From assembly GCA_964016885.1 (NCBI GenBank), contig OZ024755.1, forward strand, positions 2,914,001 to 2,978,000: DNA of 64,000 bases. Reading direction: 5' to 3'. The translations under genes were made by a program, and so were the position numbers. A model generated the notes under the pieces. It was not told the origin of the DNA. It saw nothing but the letters and a program-made list of their open reading frames with translations, and did not search any database. The stretch is from Eledone cirrhosa. Taxonomy: Eukaryota. Shown here piece after piece: positions 1 through 13,684 of this stretch; the first letter of the stretch is position 1, and every line of letters starts with the position of its first letter.

Positions 1-149
1 TATTCAGGCGATGCCTATAAAAATAGGTCTGATAAATTAAAGGTGATCAGAGACTAAATGGCAATAGGAAAGAATGATGCCTCGGGTACAATATTGATAT
101 ATGATATTACTCCAACAATGCCAAGTCTGGAATACTGATACTATAGGCA

Positions 150-2868
150 TCCTCATTATCATTGGACCACAGTCGAACATTCCTGATAAAGTCCCACCAC
201 AATTCATGATTTTCCATTGCTCCTAGCAACTGCTTCTTACTGAGGCTGGCTGTATTATCTGAGAGTTGATCGATGAAGATTCCAGCAGGTCTTCCTCAGC
301 GGTGTCTCATGTGAGTTGGTTCCCACAATAGTAGCTGGTGTATAACTTCCTCTACTGTGTCTACCAAGAGTTCCCACAATAGTAGCTGGTGTATAACTTA
401 CTCTACTGTGTCTACCAAGAGTTCCCACAATAGTAGCTGGTGTATAACTTCCTCTACTGTGTCTACCAAGAGTTCCCACAATAGTAGCTGGTGTATAACT
501 TACTCTACTGTGTCTACCAAGAGTTCCCACAATAGTAGCTGGTGTATAACTTCCTCTACTGTGTCTCCCATGAGTTCCCACAATAGTAGCTGGTGTATAA
601 CTTCCTCTACTGTGTCTACCAAGAGTTCCCACAATAGTAGCTGGTGTATAACTTACTCTACTGTGTCTACCAAGAGTTCCCACAATAGTAGCTGGTGTAT
701 AACTTCCTCTACTGTGTCTCCCATGAGTTCCCACAATAGTAGCTGGTGTATAACTTCCTCTACTGTGTCTCCCATGAGTTCCCACAATAGTAGCTGGTGT
801 ATAACTTACTCTACTGTGTCTACCAAGAGTTCCCACAATAGTAGCTGGTGTATAACTTCCTCTACTGTGTCTCCCATGAGTTCCCACAATAGTAGCTGGT
901 GTATAACTTACTCTACTGTGTCTACCAAGAGTTCCCACAATAGTAGCTGGTGTATAACTTCCTCTACTGTGTCTCCCATGAGTTCCCACAATAGTAGCTG
1001 GTGTATAACTTCCTCTGCTGTGTCTCCCATGAGTTCCCACAATAGTAGCTGGTGTATAACTTCCTCTACTGTGTCTCCCATGAGTTCCCACAATAGTAGC
1101 TGGTGTATAACTTCCTCTACTGTGTCTCCCATGAGTTCCCACAATAGTAGCTGGTGTATAACTTCCTCTACTGTATCTCCCATGAGTTCCCACAATAGTA
1201 GCTGGTGTATAACTTCCTCTACTGTGTCTCCCATGAGTTCCCACAATAGTAGCTGGTGTATAACTTCCTCTACTGTGTCTCCCATGAGTTCCCACAATAG
1301 TAGCTGATGTATAACTTACTCTACTGTGTCTACCAACAGTTCCCACAATAGTAGCTGGTGTATAACTTCTACTGTGTCTCCCATGAGTTCCCACAATAGT
1401 AGCTGGTGTATAACTTCCTCTACTGTGTCTACCAAGAGTTCCCACAATAGTAGCTGGTGTATAACTTACTCTACTGTGTCTACCAAGAGTTCCCACAATA
1501 GTAGCTGGTGTATAACTTCTTCTACTGTGTCTCCCATGAGTTCCCACAATAGTAGCTGGTGTATAACTTCCTCTACTATGTCTACCAAGAGTTCCCACAA
1601 TAGTAGCTGGTGTATAACTTACTCTACTGTGTCTACCAAGAGTTCCCACAATAGTAGCTGGTGTATAACTTCCTCTACTGTGTCTACCAAGAGTTCCCAC
1701 AATAGTAGCTGGTGTATAACTTCCTCTGCTGTGTCTCCCATGAGTTCCCACAATAGTAGCTGGTGTATAACTTCCTCTGCTGTGTCTCCCATGAGTTCCC
1801 ACAATAGTAGCTGGTGTATAACTTCCTCTACTGTGTCTCCCATGAGTTCCCACAATAGTAGCTGGTGTATAACTTCCTCTACTGTGTCTACCAAGAGTTC
1901 CCACAATAGTAGCTGGTGTATAACTTCCTCTACTGTGTCTACCAAGAGTTCCCACAATAGTAGCTGGTGTATAACTTCCTCTACTGTGTCTACCAAGAGT
2001 TCCCACAATAGTAGCTGGTGTATAACTTACTCTACTGTGTCTACCAAGAGTTCCCACAATAGTAGCTGATGTATAACTTCCTCTACTGTGTCTCCCATGA
2101 GTTCCCACAATAGTAGCTGGTGTATAACTTACTCTACTGTGTCTACCAAGAGTTCCCACAATAGTAGCTGGTGTATAACTTCCTCTACTGTGTCTCCCAT
2201 GAGTTCCCACAATAGTAGCTGGTGTATAACTTACTCTACTGTGTCTACCAACAGTTCCCACAATAGTAGCTGGTGTATAACTTCCTCTACTGTGTCTACC
2301 AAGAGTTCCCACAATAGTAGCTGATGTATAACTTCCTCTACTGTGTCTACCAAGAGTTCCCACAATAGTAGCTGGTGTATAACTTCCTCTGCTGTGTCTC
2401 CCATGAGTTCCCACAATAGTAGCTGGTGTATAACTTCCTCTACTGTGTCTCCCATGAGTTCCCACAATAGTAGCTGGTGTATAACTTCCTCTACTGTGTC
2501 TCCCATGAGTTCCCACAATAGTAGCTGGTGTATAACTTCCTCTACTGTGTCTCCCATGAGTTCCCACAATAGTAGCTGGTGTATAACTTCCTCTACTGTG
2601 TCTACCAAGAGTTCCCACAATAGTAGCTGGTGTATAACTTACTCTACTGTGTCTACCAAGAGTTCCCACAATAGTAGCTGGTGTATAACTTCCTCTACTG
2701 TGTCTACCAAGAGTTCCCACAATATTACCTTGAGTATAACTTCCTGCTTACTTCTCCAGCAATGTCCTGCAAATCGTAACCATCTTTGAGCAATTTTAGT
2801 TGTAATCTTGGGCAAGTTTCTCTATAAACTTTCATTTCTTAAACGCTGACGCCAGTTTATGTTTTTGT
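150..2868 (-). mobile_element. 3' fragment of an RTE-clade LINE (ORF2 C-terminus), degenerate and interrupted by a minisatellite
   Basis: The minus strand before the array reads NINWRQRLRNESL*RNLPKITTKIAQRWLRFAGHCWRSKQEVILKVILWE. After the array it reads EVIHQLLLWEPTHMRHR*GRPAGIFIDQLSDNT..AMENHELWWDFIRNVR. This is colinear with the RTE fragment at 9474-9793 (RLRLAGH...LLWEP.HG..RRGRP...DRDRWR). Confidence 0.85.
320..2725. repeat. 51-bp minisatellite, about 47 copies
   Basis: Unit gttcccacaatagtagctggtgtataactt(c/a)ctctactgtgtct(accaa/cccat)ga, highly homogeneous. One unit has a 3-bp deletion near 1366. Confidence 0.97.
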
Positions 2869-3406
2869 ACGAACCCGGGCCACGCGTATTTACAGAAGAA
2901 CCGAATCTCAATACCGACACAGTGGACAGAGAACGAGTTATAAATAGCATGTGTGACTAACTCAGGGAGAAAACAGACTATTTCTATATTTTCAGGGAGT
3001 TAGAAACGACACCTGTTTGATATTACGTAGTTAATTTTAATGGCAGAAATACACGCATCTTATGAGGACATGTACTGCAAGTGGCAAGTGTTTCAAGACT
3101 CCTGGCGTAATCCCAACTGGAAGATTATCGGCTGCTACATCTTGAATAATTAGTCATTAGCCATATTGGTTTTGTCTTGTGTACAACATTAACTCATCCT
3201 TCAATTACAGGATAGTGATCTAACTACAAAGTAGGTTAGTGTCATGTTGCTCTTGCAATTATTGATGTTGTTCTCCTAGTTTTTGTTATTTTTATTTTTG
3301 GCTGGATTTATTTTCTTGTTTTTGTTTCTGTACTGGTTGATGGTTTTATTGTTGTTTTAATAGTTGTTTTGTCGTTTTTATGTTAGTATTATGGTGTATG
3401 CGGTAT

Positions 3407-3621
3407 GGCGGTGGATTGGCAATATCTCTAGAGCGTCTGACAACATGCCTTATGGCATAGAGTTACGTCCCTTTACGATCTGAGTTCAAATCCTGTCGAG
3501 GTTAGCTTTGCCTTTCATCCTTACGGGGGTCGATAAAATAAAGTACCAGTAACACACTAGGGTAGATTTAATCGACTTTCCCCTCCCCCAAAATTGTTGG
3601 CCTTGTGCCTAAATAAGAAAC
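3407..3621 (+). mobile_element. SINE (most abundant family in the window), near full length
   Basis: Core ctgagttcaaatcc..cgaggtta.ctttgcctttcatccttacggggtcgataaaataaagtaccagt recurs about 12 times in the window and contains a B-box-like GAGTTCAAATCC. Confidence 0.85.
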
Positions 3622-4371
3622 CAATATTATGGTGTACAGTTTGTTGAGATAAGGGGCTGGATTTTAAGTTCTTTGTCGCCGCAATGATCTTTCTAGAAAT
3701 AAGTACACTGTCATTGGATATTTTTTACTGGTTGTCTTTGACGATAACATTTACTCCTGTAGTTGTGTATCTCATGTAAGGCCAAGAGATGGGTAGCTTG
3801 AGTGAGTAATGTCGGCGGAGAAAATTCTAGAAACAATTGTCTGACATTCTCACACATCTTCTGAGATAGCAGTGATATGATCGGACCTTAAAGCATTTAA
3901 AGAGAGACCCATGTGTTTTTATTATACATAGATATATCGTATATGTCTTCATATACAACTGTCTGTTCGTCCTTACATTATTATTGAGAGGGAGGGAGAG
4001 GGGAGTGAGAGAGCGGGAGAGAGAGAGAATGTCAACAAGTAAAAGAAAGAGAAACAATGCAACGAAGAAGAATATAAAACGAAACAACATCGAAAGAAAC
4101 GCCAACGAGAAGAGCAAGAACAACACAAACAACATCAACAACAACTAAAATTAAACAACAAACTACCACTAATCACAGTAACAACAACAACAACAATAGC
4201 GACGACACAGACAGCAACAAACATAACAATAATGGAATAAAGACTCCTATAAACAAGAGTAACAAACACTATCAACAAATTAATAGATTCAAGTAAAGTG
4301 CAATATTAGCTGGAAGGTGTTTGTAACACACCACCTCGTATCTGGTTTTGCCATCTTTCTGTCTCACTACT

Positions 4372-4511
<140 letters not shown>

Positions 4512-4519
4512 AATAAATG

Positions 4520-4559
<40 letters not shown>

Positions 4560-4933
4560 AATAAATGAACATATATATATATATATATATATATACAAAT
4601 AAATGTATATATATATATGAGTGTGTGTTAATGTATATGTATACCTATCTATGTATCTCTATATAGACATATATGTGTGTATGTATATGTATATCTCTCT
4701 CTCTCTATTTATAAGTTTATATATGTATGTATGTATGTATGCACCAAAATTGCTATATAGAAGAATGAAAATATATAGAAGAATGAAAATTTCGCTGATA
4801 AAAATAGGCAGACAGAGAGATAAACAGATAAATCTCCCGATAAATGGATGAATAAGTAGGCTTAAAATGATATCATACATATACACACACACATAAATAT
4901 GTATGTACATATATACACACACGCACACACACA

Positions 4934-4965
<32 letters not shown>

Positions 4966-5591
4966 TACATAATATACATATATATGTGTATGTATATATG
5001 AAAGATCTATGAGGAGTTGAAAAATAGCAGGGGAGACCAATCTGCCATTCTTATCATGTTCCTGGGAAGTGTCTTTTTTCTTTCTAACTTTTACCATGTC
5101 CTAAATTTTATTAAAGATATACTTGTCTGTCTAAAAATATAAATAATTCAAAATATTTCTTTTTTTTTTACATTCATACACTTAGTGTGTATATGGATAT
5201 ATAAATCTAAATATATACATGTGTGTGTGTATATGGATATATAAATCTAAATATATACATGTGTGTGTGTGCGTGTGATTTCAAATCAAGAATCTTGATT
5301 TGAAATCGTGTCTTGAAACCGATATTGTAATATTTGGGGATTGTCGTTTTGCCAATTGATCACACGCACCAGACTACCGTGGAAGATGTGCTTGAGAACT
5401 CTGCCCCACGACCCTTCCAGGAACAAGTGGGTGTAGAAGGAGAATAATATAATATGCCTTAAATTTGGGTTCTTTCCGTTTTAGACCTCTACATTAACAA
5501 CTATATATATACAGTAACCCGCTCCAGGATCTTATTGTGACCAGTAGATTCATACACGCGTATACGATTGGCATATAATATATATATAAAT

Positions 5592-5880
5592 ATATCACAG
5601 AAAAAAGAGAATCAGTGTTGCGACGAAAGGACTATAGGAAAATCTGCTTCGTAGAATCGAGACGTATCTGACGACCGTGTTGATTTCAGAGTCAGGTGTG
5701 ATCACCATATCGATGGTGCCTCGAGCTGGTCGCCCGAGTAACATTTGTAATATGTCCAATAAATTCCTTTCGTCGCAACACTGAATCTCTTTTTCTGTGA
5801 TATCATATTCTGCTCTACGAAGGCATTGAGTGCTCATACGGCCTACCGTATACTGACGCTTTAAGCATCTAACACCAATT
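5592..5880 (+). mobile_element. Short (TA)n-embedded element with 40-bp inverted arms (family G, PLE pseudo-LTR-like)
   Basis: Arms at 5592-5631 and 5765-5803. 3' hairpin GCTC-tac..gca-TT-GAGTGCTC at 5812-5835, then hairpin atacgg/ccgtat. Ends in (TA)n. Confidence 0.6.
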
Positions 5881-6244
5881 ATATATATATATAGTTTACT
5901 TATTTTGTTTGTTTTATGGTATCCGCGTTGCACGGAATTTGCTTTTCCATCCTAACCATAATTCATAATATTTAACAACCATTTCATGGCACTAAATTAA
6001 ATCGGCTTCACTTTGTATTAAAATTCTGTCTTTTTTTAAAGATGTCGAATTAATTAGTTTGTAATTGTAACTAATTTTCTCATTTTTAATCACTTTTCCT
6101 TTTCTGCTTTCTCATTAACTTCTTCCAGATTAGACACCAATTAATCATACTTTTGGAACTTTACCAATTCCCTTTTATTTTTATCCTGCGTTCCTGCTAA
6201 AAAAAGCACGCACGCTTGCGGACATACAAGCATACACACACACA

Positions 6245-6339
<95 letters not shown>

Positions 6340-6494
6340 GAACATTTTAAACAAATATGTGTTTTCATTTTCTGGTATTTGATCTTATTGTTGTCAATCT
6401 TGTTTTCCTTAGTTTGTTGTAAATGTGAGGTCACTTCTGCCTGAATGAATATCAACCATGAGTTTTTCTACCCGTAAGGTTGCCGTCAGCGATG

Positions 6495-6620
6495 ATTTGG
6501 CAGAGATGTTATATGTGTCGTGTTTGAGATATTTTTCTAGCACATTGCGATCTGAGCTCCAGTACCAACGAGGGCAAATTTACTTTCATTTTTTCCGATG
6601 TCGATAAATAAAGTATTCTG
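6495..6620 (+). mobile_element. Degenerate SINE copy
   Basis: gatctgagctccagtaccaacgagggcaaatttactttcat...gtcgataaataaagta matches the SINE core. Confidence 0.6.
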
Positions 6621-6774
6621 TCTCTTTTTCTTTCTTCCCCTGGAAGAGATCGACTACTTTATGACCTGGAAAGATGTATAATTTTCCAAGATGCACCATG
6701 TGTAATGACGGTGCTCCTATGATTCCATCGGAATTTTTCAAGGACCTTTAACATCTTTCTGACGATGCTGTATT

Positions 6775-6950
6775 GCAGTTGTTCCCAAAATGGGTTTCGT
6801 GAATACCAAGTGCTCCGAAAAGGAGTGTCTGGAGTTCTGTGAAATAAGATAGAGGTGTATATTTATATTATGACTATATAACAGTATTAGACTTTGGGGA
6901 ACCGCGAAAAGTTTCTGAACCAAAAAGGGTTCCGCGTTTGAAAAGGTTTG
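6775..6950 (+). mobile_element. Degenerate hAT (Charlie-type) MITE
   Basis: Starts cagttgttcccaaaatggg. Subterminal ggggaaccgcg/gggttccgcg and aaaaggtttg at the other end are typical of Charlie-type termini. No target-site duplication (TSD) resolved. Confidence 0.5.
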
Positions 6951-7727
6951 CTGCGGTGTAATGTCAAGTTGACCTAATTTTACATCTGTTGGGGTCTTTT
7001 GTAGTTTCGTTCAAAGTCAGTCCAGATTCTAGCCGTAGGATTTCCGATTTCTTGTCGGATATATTCTAAATTATACGCAATGTTTCAATCCGCTCTTCTT
7101 TTTCTAAGGGGCTGTGGTAAATCGCATTTGTGCAATATTCCACGCAATGGGATCGAAACGGAGCCCAAACTTCAAGACTGCCAATCGAACATTCTGAACA
7201 GTTTGGCCTTGTTGTGTCCACAAAAAGCTTCAGTAACTATGAAAATATGAAGAATTATAAAACGATATTGGCAATATAAGAAGAGAAGGAAGAACAATAA
7301 CAATAACAACAACAGCAACTATTACTGCAACCACAGGATACCTATAAATAAAACGAAGATGTATCAAAGGGTAGAGTAAGAAAGTATAAACCACTGAAGA
7401 ACAAAAACCTCAACAACAACAACAACAGCAGCTATAAATGCCACTGCAACAAAAACTGAAACGAGAATACAGTTGCTATAGTGACGTGAAGAATAAAATA
7501 TAAGAAGGTTAGGGAGGAGAGGGGCCGCGCGGGTGGGGAGCAAGTAAATGAAGTATCAAAGAAAGGTGTTCAGTGATCTTCTGATTTATAGTTTTATATT
7601 ACAATGATTTCTTAACTATAGAGAAAATATCAATCAATAAGAGAGTGATAGCTACTGGAAAATAAATAAAGAGATATGGAGCATGTGACCACTAACTGCT
7701 GGCTTGATATATTAACAATACATAGAG

Positions 7728-7766
<39 letters not shown>

Positions 7767-7904
7767 CATATATATAGATATATATATATATTTGCATATA
7801 TATATATATTTGCATATATATATATATATATATATTTGCATATATATATATATATATAGATATATAGATATATTTGCATATATATATATATTTGCATATA
7901 TATT

Positions 7905-7946
<42 letters not shown>

Positions 7947-8315
7947 TGCAAATATATATAAACGTGCATATATATATGTATGTATATATGTGTGCTTATA
8001 TATATATGTGCATATATATGTATGTATATATATATGTGCATATATGTATAGATGTGCATATATATATATATATATAGTGAGAGGTGAGATAGGGGAACAG
8101 AAGCAGAAAGAAAGAAATAAGAAAAAAGGGTGAGGTTTAGGTACATGTATGGGAGAGAGAAGGGGACAAACAGACAGGCAGAGACAGAGAGACAGAAAGA
8201 AAGTAAAGGATGAAGTTTAGATAGATGTATGCCTGGTTGGACGAGTGGATCGAGGGCTGCTAATGTTGATTGATTATTTTATACTTACATGCACGTCCTC
8301 TCACACATACACACA

Positions 8316-8366
<51 letters not shown>

Positions 8367-8371
<5 letters not shown>

Positions 8372-8600
8372 TAAAATAACAGATTAAAGTTTAAGCAAGG
8401 AATGGCTGCTTTCACCCTTAACGGGATCTTCTGGTTAGTTTCAGAAGATCCCGTTAAAGGTGAAAACAGCGATTCTTTGCTTAAACTTTAATCTGTTATT
8501 TTAATAAATATTTGCTCTACGGTTCTTATATATTTGATATATATTTATACTTATTGAGCCCTCTTTGGATTTTAGTCTTCAAATTTATTATTATTACTAC
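8367..8600 (+). mobile_element. Palindromic (TA)n-embedded element, family C, with a variant hammerhead
   Basis: About 66-bp inverted arms centred near 8435. agttt-CAGAAGA-tcccgttaaaggt-GAAA-aca..tgc-TT-aaact at 8437-8487. 3' hairpin GCTC-ta...ta-TT-GAGC at 8514-8559. Confidence 0.75.
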
Positions 8601-9025
8601 ATATATATATAGTTATAGTGTGGGGTGGTTAAGTTGCTAGTGTTGCCATTCAAAAAATACACACACCATTATGATTTTCACTTTTTCACTTTATCTGTAT
8701 TACAAGTTGTTGGTTAGTTCATCAAAGTTCTTTCGTTACACACTCTGTGACCTCTTTAATGACTCTCTTTTCTCTTTTGTGACTCCACTTCTTTCTGTTA
8801 CTCCATCTTGGAACTGGTCCACTGGAAGGTCTTTCTTTACTTACAAACTTCTTCAAGCACATGTATCACTTGATCTAAATGACATTTCACTTATGTTGTG
8901 TGAGGATGGCCTATTCTGGATGGTCTTTTCTGCAGCACATGCAGAAAATAATAAAGTCCTTGACAGGTTTAAAAAGTCATGTATTTTGCCATCTATGTAT
9001 GAGAAAAAGATCCAGGGATTCCATT

Positions 9026-9143
9026 GCCCTTTACGTTCTGAGTTCAAATACCGCCGAGGTTAACTTCGCCTTTCCTCCTTACGGGGGTCGATAAAAGAAA
9101 GCACCAGTAATACACTGGGGTTGTTGCTGGCCTTGTGCCCAAA
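9026..9143 (+). mobile_element. SINE copy, 5'-truncated
   Basis: ccctttacgttctgagttcaaataccgccgaggttaacttcgcctttcctccttacgggggtcgataaaag. Confidence 0.8.
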
Positions 9144-9305
9144 GTGGACCAGGTGGACCATAACGCACCAGAGTACTCGATACTTTGGGAAGTAGAGTGG
9201 GTAATAGGAAAAGAGTCAAGACCCCCGACGTTTCGACGGGTATTTCTGGACTCCAGAAATAGCTTGAAATGGCTTGAGCTCTGCTGTCGGGGTCCTGACT
9301 CTTTT

Positions 9306-9310
<5 letters not shown>
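9144..9310 (-). mobile_element. Family A palindromic element
   Basis: Matches the copies at 14524, 21371, 47457 and 58549. Centre ctggactccag. The left arm has lost the stem III loop. Confidence 0.85.
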
Positions 9311-9347
<37 letters not shown>

Positions 9348-9352
<5 letters not shown>

Positions 9353-9810
9353 TGATTAATGTTCAGAGCCATCCTCAGCATTCTCGTGTAGCACCCATCC
9401 ACCATCTGAGTGAGTCTCTTGGTCAGTGTCCAAGTCTCAGACCCATACAGCAGCACAGACTCCACTACAGCAATGAACATTAATCAGTATACACTGAGGA
9501 TGAAAAACTCAGAGCTGTATGGGAGCATCCCAAAAGTCAGCTCAAAAGTGACACAGAGGAGACTGAGGTTGGCTGGACATGCTCACCGACATCCAGAGTT
9601 GACATTGCACTCAGTGCTCCTTTGGGAGCCCCTACATGGACACACTAGAAGAGGAAGACCAAGGTTAACATATGTTGATGCCCTAAGGACAGACACTGGT
9701 CTGTTGGAGATGCAGGATATGGCAGCGATAATGAGGGACAGAGACCGCTGGAGAGAACTCGTCCATGGATCTCGGGAATTTTACCCACCTTAGATAGATA
9801 GATAGATATA
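9348..9810 (+). mobile_element. 5'-truncated RTE-clade LINE with inverted 5' segment and (TAGA)n tail
   Basis: 9474-9793(+) encodes NSELYGSIPKVSSKVTQRRLRLAGHAHRHPE..VLLWEPLHGHTRRGRPRLTYVD..RDRDRWR. 9360-9480(-) encodes the preceding MFIAVVESVLLYGSETWTLTKRLTQMVDGCYTRMLRMALN. Confidence 0.9.
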
Positions 9811-10489
9811 TATATAATGTGTGTGTGCGTGTGCAAATATTTGTTTATGTATATATATATATGTAAATATTTGTTTTCGTATGTATGTGTGTGTATATAT
9901 ATATATATATGTGTGTGTGTGTATATATATATATGTGTGTGTGTATATATATATGTGTGTGTGTATATATATATGTGTGTGTATGTATATATATATATGT
10001 GTGTGTATGTATATATATATATGTGTGTGTGTGAGTGTACTCCCACACACACATACATGTCAGCATGTGTGTCTGGGCGTGTGGGATTTTTCAGATAAAT
10101 AGATGTATTGCTAGATATGGCTGTATGTGAATTGTGTATATAAAGATTAGCTAGACAAAGTAGAAACAACGTGAAGCTGACTCACGGCTTTGGTTTTAAT
10201 TATAGCTGAGCACGAACTATATACATACAGTGTAACATAAATTATAAACAATGGAAACAGTTGGAACATGCGCAAACATGTCCAGTTTACTGAGAATATA
10301 AGCTTGAGTGTGAATTACCAGAAATATAGTTTGTTTAATGATGTAGATCTAGTGACAGATTTGATGTTATTTTCAGAAACACTTGAAAGCTCACTGTCTT
10401 TCTCAAGATTTATCAATACTTAATGATAATAATCATCAAGTATCAATGATAGCTATCAATATTTGTTTTACGCTCTTCCGACAGGATGG

Positions 10490-10650
10490 AACTCCTTCGG
10501 TGGCGACGATGAGTGTTCTAGTTTTCTATCAACAGAGCAGCATGATCATATAACTAAAATCTAAGTTACTGGGGATTGCAAATCACGTGTTTCCCTTCGT
10601 GTAAATTCTCAACACGATTTATTTTAACACTCTGTGTGACAAGGTTGGCT
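10490..10650 (-). mobile_element. Degenerate copy of a second SINE family
   Basis: Weak reverse-complement similarity to 34140-34270. Confidence 0.45.
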
Positions 10651-10842
10651 TTTATTTGAATTATGAGAATAGTCTATCTGATAGGCTTCCAAACAGTTTC
10701 AGTCTACCAGATTTCCGTTTACCATAGCCTGAGTTATGAGGCAAATCGTATATTTGTAATCCTCAGCAACTTAGATTTTGTTACAGATGCTCTGCACTGG
10801 GATTGGAAAGAGAACCTCTTAAGCATCCAAACATGCAATGTA

Positions 10843-11491
10843 TATTATATACATAAAGTTGTATCCCTGTCTGTTTGTTTGTTCACGAACTCCTATGGTT
10901 TTGGAGATAGACCCACATAACCATATATATTCTGAAACTACATTGCCCAGGGTACTTCGATAAGTATATTTCATTTTAATCAAAGAGTTCCCCGGGGGCA
11001 CAAAACCCCGCTGAATATATTTTCCCCTCGATTTATATGAAATTTAAACCATAGGGAAATGACAAGATATGATGCCTATTCACAAAATTTCAGCAAATTT
11101 CAATAATATTAAGACACCCTAATGCGAGTTAAACCCTATTAGGGTTCCCCGGAGGCAGAAACCCCCGCTGAAATGTTTTCACTTCGATTTATATGAAATT
11201 TAAACCATAGGTAAATGACAAGATATGATGCTTATTCATAATAGTTTTAATTGATATTTTGAAAAAAATTATTTACAAGAAACAAAATAAGAATAAGATT
11301 TAATAATATAATTTTAATTTGATATATTACAAAAAATAATGTTTTCCAATATTTCATGCATTATATTTTACATTGAGTAATTTTGAAATGCAGAGTTTTT
11401 CTCCATAAATTATATCACTGATTTAAAATCAATCATCATTTTCTTACAAAAAAATGTGTGAAACGCAGCAAGGCGCGGTTAATTCGACTAG
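10843..11491 (+). mobile_element. Non-autonomous Helitron with internal direct duplication
   Basis: 5' tatacataaagttgtatccctgtctgtttgtttgttcacg. 3' GC-rich hairpin aacgcagcaaggcgcggtt followed by CTAG|T at 11488-11492. About 95-bp internal direct repeat at 10987-11082 and 11144-11240. Confidence 0.65.
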
Positions 11492-11681
11492 TATATTGAC
11501 AACATTGTTGAGCAAAGGTAAAAATTTATTGTGATATTTCGTTTTCACTTTAAATTCAGAATTCAAATCTGGATTAAAATTTATGAGGAAATTGAAAGAA
11601 TCAACAAATCTTTTTACTAGAGAGAAATAGTCTAAGTAATAGATCAAACAATCCCTTTTATTAGAAAAAAGAATGGACATT

Positions 11682-11720
11682 ATCACCTGCGGGACTCGAA
11701 CCCACAACTTCGTGCTTGCC

Positions 11721-11722
<2 letters not shown>
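11682..11722 (-). mobile_element. tRNA-derived SINE head fragment
   Basis: Minus strand gaagttgtgGGTTCGAGTCCcgcaggtg forms a T-arm/B box. The 5' half of the tRNA is missing and replaced by (TA)n. Confidence 0.55.
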
Positions 11723-11766
<44 letters not shown>

Positions 11767-11824
11767 AATATATGTCTATGAATATATATGTATATAAATA
11801 TATACATACATATATATATGTATG

Positions 11825-11876
<52 letters not shown>

Positions 11877-12031
11877 GTTGGACACTTGCCGTTTGGGCGT
11901 ATGAAGATGTGTGTGTGTGTATATATAAATATATGTGTATATATATACACACACACACACCTTATATGAGAGAAGTTAAATACAGGAGAAGTAAAATACA
12001 GGAGAACAGACCGTTAAAACATGTTTATTTA

Positions 12032-12115
<84 letters not shown>

Positions 12116-12779
12116 GAGTACGCGAGTATGTGTACGTGTGTATGTTGGTAAAGGGGAACATATCCTGTATAAACGTGCGAGTAGAAGTTTTTTTTTTATT
12201 ATATGTGTTCTTTATATTTTCTACGTGTTAAGCTGTGTTTTTATTTTAGTGACTTCAAAAAAAATATAAAACGTTGAAAATAAAAATAAAGAGACTTCTT
12301 GAATTTCGTTTTAACTTTTACTTAAAGAAATTTACACACGTCGCTTATTGATGATATGATCGAAGTTAAGAAATTGCCACCATATTATTTGTGTGTGTGT
12401 GTGTGTGGAGAGAGAGAGATTTGGGTGTGTATATATATATAAATGAGTGTGTGTATATATGTATGTATGTGTGTATGTATATATATATATGTGTGTGTTT
12501 GTGTATGTATGGATGTATATATATATGTGTGTGTGTGTATGGATGTGTGTGTGTGTATGTGTATGGATATGTGTGTGTGTGTGTATGTATATGTGTTTAT
12601 ATATAGAGATCTGTGTGTGTGTATGTATATGTGTTTATATATAGAGATCTGTGTGTGTGTATGGATATGTGTGTGTGTGTATGTGTATATATGTTTATAT
12701 ATAGAGATCTGTGTGTGTGTATGGATATGTGTGTGTGTGTATGTGTATATATGTTTATATATAGAGACCTGTGTGTGTA

Positions 12780-13055
12780 TAACTGTGGACGTGTATGTGT
12801 GTGTGTATTTATAACTGTGGAATTGTATGTGTGACTGTGTGAGTGTATATACCTATGGACATGTTTGTGTGTCTGTGTGAGTGTATATAACTGTTGACAT
12901 GTTTGTGTGTCTGTGTGAGTGTTTATAACTGTTGACGTGTTTGTGTGTCTGTGTGAGTGTATATAACTGTTGACATGTTTGTGTGTCTGTGTGAGTGTAT
13001 ATAACTGTTGACGTGTTTGTGTGTCTGTGTGAGTGTATATAACTGTTGACGTGTA
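12780..13055. repeat. About 38-bp tandem repeat, about 7 copies, built on (TG)n
   Basis: Unit gtgtatataactgttgac(a/g)tgtttgtgtgtctgtgtga. Confidence 0.85.
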
Positions 13056-13204
13056 TCTACACGCTGAGTTTTCTTCAGAGTTTGTCAATATATACTGCCA
13101 TGCAATTTTCACCATGAGAGCGTTAAAACATGATCAATATACATTGTGTGTATATATAAATATGTGTGTGAAAGTGTATGTCTGTGTATGTATGTATATA
13201 TATA

Positions 13205-13252
<48 letters not shown>

Positions 13253-13653
13253 GTGTATCTATATTTATGTGTATATATGTGTACCTATATGTATGTATAC
13301 GTATATGTATATATTTTTGCGTATATAAGTATGTATACGTATATATGTATATATATATATATATGTGTGTACCTATATGTATGTATACGTATAGGTATAT
13401 ATTTTTATGTGTATATAAGTATGTATAAGTATATATATACATATATATATATGTATATATGTGTACCTATATGTATGTATACGTATATGTATATATTTTT
13501 ATGTGTATATAAGTATGTATAAGTATATATGTATATATATATATATATGTATATATGTGTACCTATATGTATTTATACGTATATGTATCTATATTTATGT
13601 GTATATATGTATGTATACGTATATGTATATATATTTATGTGTATATATATATA

Positions 13654-13683
<30 letters not shown>

Positions 13684-13684
<1 letters not shown>

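Noticed and set aside
255-2720. 821-aa ORF as a genuine repeat protein gene
   Set aside because: It is the translation of a 51-bp minisatellite derived from a dead LINE, begins at a non-ATG codon and has no unique domain.
8671-9063. 130-aa ORF in unique-looking sequence
   Set aside because: No recognisable domain, and it runs into a SINE.
11682-11722. tRNA gene
   Set aside because: Only the T-arm/B-box portion is present, with no D-arm or full acceptor stem.
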